A stretch of DNA of 64,000 nt from Polyangiales bacterium (GTDB lineage: Bacteria > Myxococcota_A > Polyangia > Polyangiales > Houyiibacteriaceae): positions 4,151-68,150 of the forward strand of contig JBGCFM010000157.1 in NCBI GenBank assembly GCA_045106895.1, given 5' to 3'. The notes beneath the pieces were generated by a model. That model made no database searches. It saw only the letters and a list, made by a program, of their open reading frames with translations, and was not told the DNA's origin. How positions within the stretch are numbered: position 1 is the stretch's first letter; every line of letters starts with the position of its first letter. Shown here piece after piece: positions 56,775 through 64,000 of this stretch. Position numbers and translations under genes: made by a program.

Positions 56775-57749
56775 CTACGCGTCGTAGAGGCCCAGGGCCC
56801 AGCGGAGCGTGTCTCGGTCGATGTTCTGACCGGTGTGAATCAGCACAACGCGCTTGTTCGCGAAACTGGGCGCCATCTTGATGGCCGCCGCGTACGCGGC
56901 CGCCGCGGCGCCTTCCGCAATATTGTGCGTCGTTTCAAGGGCGACCCTCAGGCCTTCCCGCATCTCGTCTTCGGTCACAGTGACGAGATCGTCGACCTGG
57001 TCTCTGCAGACTTCGAAGGGGACTTCGAATGCGTAACGCGTCGCTAGGCCATCGGCGAAGGTGTCCGCGGAGTCGACGTGCTCGAGTTTTCCGCTTTGGA
57101 GGCTGCGCATGAGCGCGTTGGCCCGCTCTGACCAGACGCCCACGATTCGGACGTCAGGTCGCATGGCTCGGAGGGTCGCGACGCACCCTGCGAGGCCGCT
57201 TCCGCCGCCGACGGGCACGACGACGACGTCACAGTCCGGGAGATCTTCGACGATTTCCATCGCGTAGGTGCCCACGCCGGCAATGAGCAGGGGCTCGTTC
57301 GCCACGTGTACCCATCGCATTCCTTCGTTGTCGGCGTGGGCTTCCGCTTCCTTCCGCGCCTCATCGAAGTCCGCACCGTGAATGTGGAGCTGCCCTCCCA
57401 GCGCCTCCATGATCGCGTTCTTCTCCGGATTGTTCCGCTTCGGCACATAGATCGTCGCGCGCGATCCAAAGTGGCGAGCCGCCCATGCCATGGAGAGGCC
57501 GTGGGATCCGCGCGTCGCGGTGACCACGCCTCGGCGACGTTGCGCATCGCTCAAGTTGGCGAAGAGGTTCACCCCACCACGTACTTTGAAAGCCCCGATG
57601 GGTAGGTGGTTCTCATGCTTCACATAGGCATCAAAGCCTAGTCGCGCGCTGAGGAGCGGGTAGCGATAGAGGGGAGTTCGCGGCAGGTGCCGGTGAACGA
57701 TGGGCCACGCCCGGAGGACGTCTCGGAAAACAACAGGGGGTGTGCTCAT
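56775..57749 (-). CDS. PLP-dependent threonine/serine dehydratase family protein (no ACT domain)
   Basis: KHEN..GAFKVRG, PVGGGSG, TFADGLA, HTGQN. Confidence 0.88.
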   Translation of the reverse strand: MSTPPVVFRDVLRAWPIVHRHLPRTPLYRYPLLSARLGFDAYVKHENHLPIGAFKVRGGVNLFANLSDAQRRRGVVTATRGSHGLSMAWAARHFGSRATIYVPKRNNPEKNAIMEALGGQLHIHGADFDEARKEAEAHADNEGMRWVHVANEPLLIAGVGTYAMEIVEDLPDCDVVVVPVGGGSGLAGCVATLRAMRPDVRIVGVWSERANALMRSLQSGKLEHVDSADTFADGLATRYAFEVPFEVCRDQVDDLVTVTEDEMREGLRVALETTHNIAEGAAAAAYAAAIKMAPSFANKRVVLIHTGQNIDRDTLRWALGLYDA

Positions 57750-57833
57750 GCGTCTGCCGTCGAGCATACACGCGCCCAGCCAACTCGACTACGCGGAATC
57801 AACCATCGAGATGCTTTTTCGAGAAGACATTTC

Positions 57834-57862
57834 TTGACTCCTGCTTCCACGCACGCTAAGTC
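57834..57862 (+). promoter_or_regulatory. sigma70-type promoter of tRNA-Val
   Basis: TTGACT-N17-TAAGTC, ending 12 nt before the tRNA. Confidence 0.5.
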
Positions 57863-57874
57863 GGCGGACGATTC

Positions 57875-57946
57875 AGGCACATAGCTCAGTGGTAGAGCAC
57901 TACATTGACACTGGAGGGGTCGGCAGTTCAACCCTGCCTGTGCCTA
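57875..57946 (+). tRNA. tRNA-Val (anticodon GAC)
   Basis: Acceptor stem AGGCACA/TGTGCCT; D-arm GCTCAGTGGTAGAGC; loop TTGACAC; T-arm GGCAG-TTCAACC-CTGCC; discriminator A. Confidence 0.93.
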
Positions 57947-57968
57947 CCCATAAGGTCCTTGGGACCTA

Positions 57969-58017
57969 CCAACGTAAAATGCACCAGGCACAACATGCCG
58001 GGTGCATTTTGCGTTGG
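57969..58017 (+). terminator. Long imperfect hairpin / terminator after tRNA-Val
   Basis: CCAACGtAAAATGCACCaGGCA-caaca-TGCCgGGTGCATTTTgCGTTGG. Confidence 0.65.
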
Positions 58018-58100
58018 GGAGTCGTTGAGTTCGACGGCCCGCAAAAGAATTTGTGACTGCCGCCTTGTCAGCGCCGATGGGCGAGACAGGCTGCCGCTAG

Positions 58101-60083
58101 GTGAAGATCATGGACAAGATGAAGACGGCTCGAGAGATCCTCGAAGAGAAGGAGCTACTCGGCAAGCGAGTGGTTGCGCTGGCGATTGGCGACAAGGTCT
58201 TCGACCTTCATACCCCCGTTCCACTCACTGACGACGACACGATCAAGGTCGTTCAGGCCGGCGACCCGCTCGCGCTTCCCATCATCCGCCACTCCACCGC
58301 GCACATGATGGCGGACGCCGTACAGCGGCTTTTTCCCGGCACCAAGGTCGCCTTCGGCCCCGCCACGGAAGACGGCTTCTTTTACGACTACGACTACCCG
58401 GGTGGGACGTTCAGTGAGGACGACCTCGCGGCCATCGAAACGAAGATGCTCGAAATCGTCGAAGAAGACTCGGCTTTCGAGCGAAAGGTCGTTTCGCGCG
58501 AAGAGCTCGAGGGAATCCTCAAGAAGCTCGACGAACCCTACAAGCTCGAGCACCTCGGGCGTCTCGAAGGAGACCTCTCGATCTATCAGCACGGCGAGTG
58601 GGTCGACCTGTGCGAAGGTCCACACGTTCCTTCCACCCGCTTCTTGAGCGCGTTCAAGCTGACGCACGTCGCGGGCGCGTATTGGCGCGGAGACGAACGC
58701 AATCCGATGCTTCAGCGCATCTACGGGACGGCTTTCGCGAACCCGAAACACCTTCGCTCGCATCTAAAGCGCATCGAGGAAGCAAAAAAGCGGGACCACC
58801 GCAAGCTCGCCAAAGAGCTCGACCTCGTGACGTTTCATCCCCTCGCGCCGGCCTCACCGTTTTTCACGGCGCGCGGAAGCATCGTCTACAACGGGCTCGT
58901 CGACTACGTTCGCGAACTCTACCAGCGCTTCGAATACGACGAAGTCATCACTCCACAGATCTTTGACCGCAGCCTCTTCGAGACTTCTGGTCACCTGCCT
59001 GCCTACGGCGAGAATATGTTCATCGCGGCGACGCAGGACGGACTTGAGAAGGCCGCCAAGGAGCTCATCGCGAGTCCGCCGAAGGATGCGAAGAGCTGCG
59101 AGAAGACGCTCGAAGAGCACATGCGTTTTGGCGTGAAGCCGATGAACTGCCCCTGTCACGCGCTCATGTTCGGCATGAAGCGACACAGCTACCGGGAGCT
59201 CCCGGTGCGCATGGCTGACTTCGGTCGCCTCCACCGCTACGAGCGAAGCGGCGTTGTGCAGGGGATGACGCGTGTCCGAACCTTCGCCCAGGACGACGCC
59301 CATATTTTCTGCACCGTCGACCAGATGCAGGGGGAAATCGCGCAGTTCCTCGACCTCGTCTACGACGTGTACAAGGACTTCGGTTTCTCCGAGGTACGAG
59401 TGGTCATCGCGACGCGTCCCGACGAGCGACTCGGCACCGACGACATCTGGGACCACAGCGAGCAAGCTCTCATCAAGGCCGTGGAGTCGAAGGGACTTCC
59501 CTTTGAAATCGCCGAAGGCGAGGGCGCGTTCTACGGTCCGAAGATCGAGTTCCACCTCAAGGACGCCATCGGCCGACCTTGGCAGCTAGGCACGATGCAG
59601 GCGGACTACAACCTGCCTGAGCGTTTTGACCTCAGCTACATCGACGCGGACAACGCGAGCCATCGACCGGTGATGCTCCACCGCGCGATTCTTGGCAGCG
59701 TCGAACGTTTCTACGGCGTTCTCATGGAGCACGTTGGTGGGAACTTCCCCACTTGGCTTGCGCCGGAGCAAATTCAGCTGGTCACCGTGGCGAGCGACTT
59801 CAACGAATATGCCCACGACGTGGCCAAGGAGCTTCGAGCTGCGGGTTTCCGGGTCAAAGTGGACGACGCCAACGAGCGCCTCGGCGCAAAGATCCGCGCC
59901 GCTCGCCTGATGCGTGTCCCCTATATTGGCGTCATCGGCCAAAAAGAAGCCGAAGGCCGCGGTCTCGCGATTCGAAGCCGTGATGAGAACAAAGACCTTG
60001 GGTTCATGCCCCTCACCGATGTCATCGCCCGACTTCAGTCAGAAGCGAAGGCGCCGTCGTTGCAGGCTTCCCCAAGCGCTTGA
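58101..60083 (+). CDS. thrS: Threonyl-tRNA synthetase
   Basis: RHSTAH, DLCEGPH, AYWRGD, RDHRKL, KPMNCP, GAFYGPK, MLHRAILGS.ERF. Confidence 0.98.
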   Translation: MKIMDKMKTAREILEEKELLGKRVVALAIGDKVFDLHTPVPLTDDDTIKVVQAGDPLALPIIRHSTAHMMADAVQRLFPGTKVAFGPATEDGFFYDYDYPGGTFSEDDLAAIETKMLEIVEEDSAFERKVVSREELEGILKKLDEPYKLEHLGRLEGDLSIYQHGEWVDLCEGPHVPSTRFLSAFKLTHVAGAYWRGDERNPMLQRIYGTAFANPKHLRSHLKRIEEAKKRDHRKLAKELDLVTFHPLAPASPFFTARGSIVYNGLVDYVRELYQRFEYDEVITPQIFDRSLFETSGHLPAYGENMFIAATQDGLEKAAKELIASPPKDAKSCEKTLEEHMRFGVKPMNCPCHALMFGMKRHSYRELPVRMADFGRLHRYERSGVVQGMTRVRTFAQDDAHIFCTVDQMQGEIAQFLDLVYDVYKDFGFSEVRVVIATRPDERLGTDDIWDHSEQALIKAVESKGLPFEIAEGEGAFYGPKIEFHLKDAIGRPWQLGTMQADYNLPERFDLSYIDADNASHRPVMLHRAILGSVERFYGVLMEHVGGNFPTWLAPEQIQLVTVASDFNEYAHDVAKELRAAGFRVKVDDANERLGAKIRAARLMRVPYIGVIGQKEAEGRGLAIRSRDENKDLGFMPLTDVIARLQSEAKAPSLQASPSA

Positions 60084-60179
60084 ATTGTGATTTCTTTCCC
60101 GAAGTGCTTACATAAGTGCTTCTTTGCTTGCACAGAGATATAGAAACAGGGCCAGAAGCCCACTACAGGAGAGTTTGTT

Positions 60180-60734
60180 ATCGCTAGACCCCGCCGTATC
60201 GATCCCCGTGATCGTCAGAGGAACTTTGGACCCCGAGTCAATGATCGCATTCGCGTTCCGGAGGTTCGCGTCATCGATGATGAGGGCGGGATGCTCGGTG
60301 TCATGGACACATACGAGGCAAAGAAGCTCGCCAAGGAGAAGGGCCTCGACCTCGTCGAAGTCAATCCCAAAGCTCATCCGCCCGTCTGCAAGATCGTCGA
60401 CTACGGTCGCCTCAAGTACGAGGAAAAGAAGAAGCAGAATGAGGCTCGGAAGCGACAGGCGCAGATTGCTCTCAAGGAGATCAAGCTTCGTCCGAAGACC
60501 GATGACCACGATATCGCGTTCAAGGTCAAACACGTTCGCCGCTTCCTGGAAGAGGGCAACAAGGTGAAGCTGACGGTCCGCTTTCGCGGCCGCGAGATCA
60601 CCCACCCCGAGACGGCGCGTCGTCAGATCGACATCATCATCGATGAGGTCCAGGACATCGCCATCATCGAGAGCGCAGGACGTATGGAGGGCCGCACGAT
60701 GACGGCGCTCCTTGCACCCAAGTCCAAGCAGTAG
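60180..60734 (+). CDS. infC: Translation initiation factor IF-3, non-canonical AUC start
   Basis: The frame extends upstream of the track's Met (60291) through PRVNDRIRVPEVRVID. AGGAGA SD at 60167-60172, 7 nt spacer, ATC at 60180. Confidence 0.93.
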   Translation: MARPRRIDPRDRQRNFGPRVNDRIRVPEVRVIDDEGGMLGVMDTYEAKKLAKEKGLDLVEVNPKAHPPVCKIVDYGRLKYEEKKKQNEARKRQAQIALKEIKLRPKTDDHDIAFKVKHVRRFLEEGNKVKLTVRFRGREITHPETARRQIDIIIDEVQDIAIIESAGRMEGRTMTALLAPKSKQ

Positions 60735-60751
60735 GCGCAAGGGACTTTCGA

Positions 60752-60790
60752 GCAGGCGATCCGGAGACGGGTCGCCTGTTTTGTTTTTGG
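60752..60790 (+). terminator. Rho-independent terminator after infC
   Basis: CAGGCGATCC-GGAGAC-GGGTCGCCTG followed by TTTTGTTTTT. Confidence 0.7.
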
Positions 60791-61010
60791 CGCTCGCGAG
60801 GGCGGCCTAGGTTTTGGACGTTTAGCCTAGCCTGGCAGTCCTACGGGAGCACTAGCGGGCACTTCGCGAGGCTCTGCATCCAGTGATGCCTCCATCCTTC
60901 ACCAATCGTCCTGGCTCCGCATTGACACCTAGTTCCCTTGGTGTCATGACTCCGGCCCTTCCGCTCCCACCGCGTCTTTTGCTGGTTCCGGAGCCTATTT
61001 GAGGAAAATC

Positions 61011-61226
61011 ATGCCTAAAATGAAAACGAAACGCGCCGCGTCGAAGCGCTTCAAGGTGTCCGGCTCCGGCCGCATCCGACGAGCGACGGCCGGCAAGCAG
61101 CACCGGATGATGCGCGGCAACAAGTCGCCAGCTCGTCTGCGTCGCCTTCGCAAGAACAAGATGGTGGAGCCGTGCGACTTTGATAACGTCCGCTTCCTTA
61201 TCCCTTACAAGTTCTCGGGAGCCTAG
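61011..61226 (+). CDS. rpmI: 50S ribosomal protein L35
   Basis: MPKMKTKRAASKRFKVSGSG; GAGG SD. Confidence 0.96.
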   Translation: MPKMKTKRAASKRFKVSGSGRIRRATAGKQHRMMRGNKSPARLRRLRKNKMVEPCDFDNVRFLIPYKFSGA

Positions 61227-61229
61227 AAG

Positions 61230-61574
61230 ATGCCACGCGCTAAAAGAGGCTTTAAGGCCCGTCGTCGTCGAAATAAGATTCTGAAGTACGCCCGCGGCAA
61301 CTACGGTGCCCGCAGTCGTCTTTACCGCACCGCCGTCGAGCAGGTGCACAACTCGTGGGAGGATGCTTACCGGCATCGCCGCACGAACCGTCGCGAGTAC
61401 CGTCGCCTTTGGATCGCGCGTATCAACGCCGCTGTCCGAACTCACGGCATGAGCTACAGCAAGTTCATCGCAGCGCTCAAGAAGTCGAACATTGGACTCG
61501 ACCGAAAGATCCTTGCTGACCTCGCCCTGCGCGACCCAAGCGGCTTCAAGGCCGTGGTTGACGCCTCGCGCTGA
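61230..61574 (+). CDS. rplT: 50S ribosomal protein L20
   Basis: [28 protein letters not shown]. Confidence 0.97.
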   Translation: MPRAKRGFKARRRRNKILKYARGNYGARSRLYRTAVEQVHNSWEDAYRHRRTNRREYRRLWIARINAAVRTHGMSYSKFIAALKKSNIGLDRKILADLALRDPSGFKAVVDASR

Positions 61575-61626
61575 ACCGAATCACCTCGCTTGCTTCTCGC
61601 GAAGCAAACGAGGAAAAATCGAAACG

Positions 61627-61660
61627 AGGCGGGAGCAGGTTTGCTTCCGCCTTTTTTCTT
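61627..61660 (+). terminator. Rho-independent terminator after rplT
   Basis: AGGCGGGAGCA-GGTT-TGCTTCCGCCT followed by TTTTT. Confidence 0.72.
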
Positions 61661-61702
61661 GGTGCTAGATATTCTGAGAGACGACGACATGGAGACGAAG
61701 AG

Positions 61703-62716
61703 ATGAGTGACGCGGTTGAACGCTTCGAGAAGGGGCTCGCTGAAATCGATGGCGGCTTCGCCCAGCAATACGCGGAAGCCGCGGACGAGCAGTCGCTTCG
61801 CGAAATCAACGCACGCTTTGTCGGAGCCCACGGCTCGCTGACTTCGCTGATGAAGCTTATGCGGGAGCTGCCTGGCGACCGTCGACGTGAGTTCGGTCAG
61901 CGCGCCAATGAGGTCAAAGGCAAGGTCACCGCCGGCTTCGACGCGCGTCTTGCGGCCATCGCTGCCGCGGAACGCGAAGCCGAGCTCAACGGACCCGCTC
62001 TCGACGTCACGCTTCCTGCCCGTCGCCACGCGCCAGGGCGCTTGCATCCCGTGACGCGCGTCAAAAACGAGCTCCTCGACATCTTCTCCTCCCTTGGTTT
62101 CGAGCAGGCCGACGGCCCGGAGATCGACCACTTCGCGAACTGCTTCGACAAACTCGGCTTCCCTCCGGATCATCCCGCGACGGATGAGCACGACACGTTC
62201 TTCGTGGCAGGCTCGGACGGGAAAGCGCTGCTTCGAACGCACACTTCAACGATCCAGGTCCGCGAGATGGAGAAGCGCAAGCCGCCTCTGGCGGTCGTGG
62301 CACCAGGCGTCGTGTACCGACGTGATGACGACGCGACGCACTCACCGATGTTCCATCAGATCGAGGGCTTTCTTGTCGACGAAGGCGTGTCCTTCTCCGG
62401 CCTCAAAGGTGTTCTGACGGTTTTCCTTGAGCGCCTCCTCGGAGACGAGATCGAAGTGCGCTTCCGGCCTAGCTACTTCCCCTTCGTTGAACCCGGCGCC
62501 GAGGTAGACGTCCGGCGTCCCGGCGGCGCTTGGATGGAGGTTCTCGGATGCGGAATGATCCACCCCGTCGTGTTTGAAGCCGTCGGCTACGACCCAAGCG
62601 CGGTGAGCGGGTTCGCCTTCGGCATGGGTCTCGACCGCCTCGCCATGGTTCGCTACGGCATCCCCAACATCAAAGCCCTTTACGACAACGACGTCCGCTT
62701 CTTGGGCGGATTCTAA
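61703..62716 (+). CDS. pheS: Phenylalanyl-tRNA synthetase alpha subunit
   Basis: LRTHTS, DATHSPMFHQIEG, RPSYFPFVEP, GFAFGMG. Confidence 0.98.
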   Translation: MSDAVERFEKGLAEIDGGFAQQYAEAADEQSLREINARFVGAHGSLTSLMKLMRELPGDRRREFGQRANEVKGKVTAGFDARLAAIAAAEREAELNGPALDVTLPARRHAPGRLHPVTRVKNELLDIFSSLGFEQADGPEIDHFANCFDKLGFPPDHPATDEHDTFFVAGSDGKALLRTHTSTIQVREMEKRKPPLAVVAPGVVYRRDDDATHSPMFHQIEGFLVDEGVSFSGLKGVLTVFLERLLGDEIEVRFRPSYFPFVEPGAEVDVRRPGGAWMEVLGCGMIHPVVFEAVGYDPSAVSGFAFGMGLDRLAMVRYGIPNIKALYDNDVRFLGGF

Positions 62717-62730
62717 GCGGAGATTCGCAC

Positions 62731-64000
62731 ATGCTTGCTAGCTACAGATGGCTGAAAGAACTCTCTGGCGTCGACGCGTCGCCAGAGGAAATGGCAGAGA
62801 AGCTGACGGACGCCGGGCTCGAGGTGGAGAGCCTCACGGTGTTCCCCGTCGCCCAGGGCGTCGTCGTCGCGGAGGTGACGGCGATTGGGCCGCACCCGAC
62901 GAAAGACAAGCTGCGCTTGGTCACCGTCGACCACGGCGAGGGCACCCAGGAAGTCGTGTGCGGCGCACCGAATGTGCCGGAACCGGGCGGCAAGGTCCTC
63001 CTCGCGAAGCTCGGCGCAGTGCTCCCGCCTCAGAAAGAGGGCGGCGAGCCCTTCGTCATCGCGGAACGCGCCGTCGCAGGCGTTCCCAGCGCTGGCATGT
63101 TGTGCAGCGAGACGGAGCTCTCCCTCGGCGAGGGCGGCGACGGGATCTACGTTTTCCCGGGTCAGGGACCTGCAGCTGGCACGCTCCTCGCGGATGCGCT
63201 CCCCGCCGGTGACACGGTCTTCGAGATTGGGCTGACGCCGAACCGTCCCGATTGCCTCGGGCACATCGGAATCGCACGTGACCTCGCAGCGATGTTCGAG
63301 GTCACGATGCCCGAGCTCAACGTCGGCGCGCCACCCACCTACGCCGAGGGCGTCAGCGGCGTCATCGGCAGCAAAGACACGTTTCAGCTTCAGTGGTCGG
63401 GGGGCCGTGAAGTGTCCATTGAGGACGCCCCAGGAGGTCCGCTCACCCTCGACATCAAGGACACGCCCCGTTGTCCACGCTATGGGGCCGCCGCGGTCAT
63501 CGGCGTTCGGGTCGGGCCTTCCCCTTTTTGGCTGCGCTACCGGCTGCATTGCTTGGGGGTTCGCAGCATCTCCAACTTGGTCGACGCGACGAACCTCGTC
63601 ATGCTCGAATGGGGTCACCCCATTCACGGCTTTGACTACGACAAGCTGCGCGGCACCAAGATCGAGGTTCGCACGGCACAAGCCGGTGAAACCATCGAGA
63701 CCCTCGACGGCGTCGAGCGAAAGCTCAACGACGACGACCTGCTCATTTGCGACGGCGAAGGGCCCGTGGCCATCGCCGGCGTCATGGGCGCCGCGAACAG
63801 CGAGATCAGCGACACGACGACGAACGTCGCGATCGAATGCGCGTACTTTGATCCGCGTTCCGTCCGACGAACCTCACGTCGCCTCGGCCTTCACACCGAC
63901 GCGAGCCACCGTTTCGAGCGGGGCGTCGACCCGAACGCAGTGCCCGCGGTTCTCGCTCGCGCGGCGGCGGTGATGGCCGAAGTCGGTGGCGGCATCGCTC
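62731..64000 (+). CDS. pheT: Phenylalanyl-tRNA synthetase beta subunit (3' end outside window)
   Basis: Missing from the ORF track. ATG 62731 gives MLASYRWLKEL..GLEVE..VVCGAPNV..GMLCS..TPNRPDCLG..AIAGVMG..TDASHRFERGVDP. Confidence 0.96.
   Translation, partial: MLASYRWLKELSGVDASPEEMAEKLTDAGLEVESLTVFPVAQGVVVAEVTAIGPHPTKDKLRLVTVDHGEGTQEVVCGAPNVPEPGGKVLLAKLGAVLPPQKEGGEPFVIAERAVAGVPSAGMLCSETELSLGEGGDGIYVFPGQGPAAGTLLADALPAGDTVFEIGLTPNRPDCLGHIGIARDLAAMFEVTMPELNVGAPPTYAEGVSGVIGSKDTFQLQWSGGREVSIEDAPGGPLTLDIKDTPRCPRYGAAAVIGVRVGPSPFWLRYRLHCLGVRSISNLVDATNLVMLEWGHPIHGFDYDKLRGTKIEVRTAQAGETIETLDGVERKLNDDDLLICDGEGPVAIAGVMGAANSEISDTTTNVAIECAYFDPRSVRRTSRRLGLHTDASHRFERGVDPNAVPAVLARAAAVMAEVGGGIA

Noticed and set aside
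57875-58100. tRNA-Val as an integration site for a genomic island
   Set aside because: Followed directly by a hairpin and thrS; no integrase and no repeated tRNA 3' end noticed.
58018-58100. T-box or attenuator leader before thrS
   Set aside because: Too short, and no T-box consensus was recognised.

Overview
High-GC (roughly two-thirds G+C by eye) bacterial chromosomal window. Gene content points to Myxococcota, probably Polyangia/Sandaracinaceae-like: TIGR02266-type PilZ genes, DAG-repeat lipoproteins, an AUC-start infC and rplM-rpsI-argC. The right half is mostly housekeeping: rpoN-hpf-ptsN-hprK-rapZ-ptsH-ptsI, plsB, rplM-rpsI-argC, tRNA-Val, and thrS-infC-rpmI-rplT-pheS-pheT. The left half is accessory and envelope-related: a >1080-aa Ig-repeat lipoprotein cut by the window edge, a tightly coupled seven-gene minus-strand operon, RNase P RNA, a putative beta-barrel plus 13-heme cytochrome pair, an ECF42/DGPF pair, thiol oxidoreductases, a lipoprotein plus ferritin-like pair behind an OxyR-like operator, and a TPR-dynamin fusion. 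The best candidate for an undescribed system is the 10045->3408 operon. It encodes an amphipathic coiled-coil protein, a solute-binding/OmpA fusion, a NitT/TauT-type ABC permease and ATPase, a 2-TM coiled-coil protein, a putative heme-oxygenase-like diiron oxidase and an FAH-family enzyme. Non-coding signals include a recurrent TANNNT-6/7 nt-start codon pattern (likely leaderless mRNAs) and a reverse-strand sigma54 -24/-12 site in front of rpoN. No CRISPR array, transposase, integrase or rRNA was seen. All calls come from reading motifs by eye; no database searches were run.
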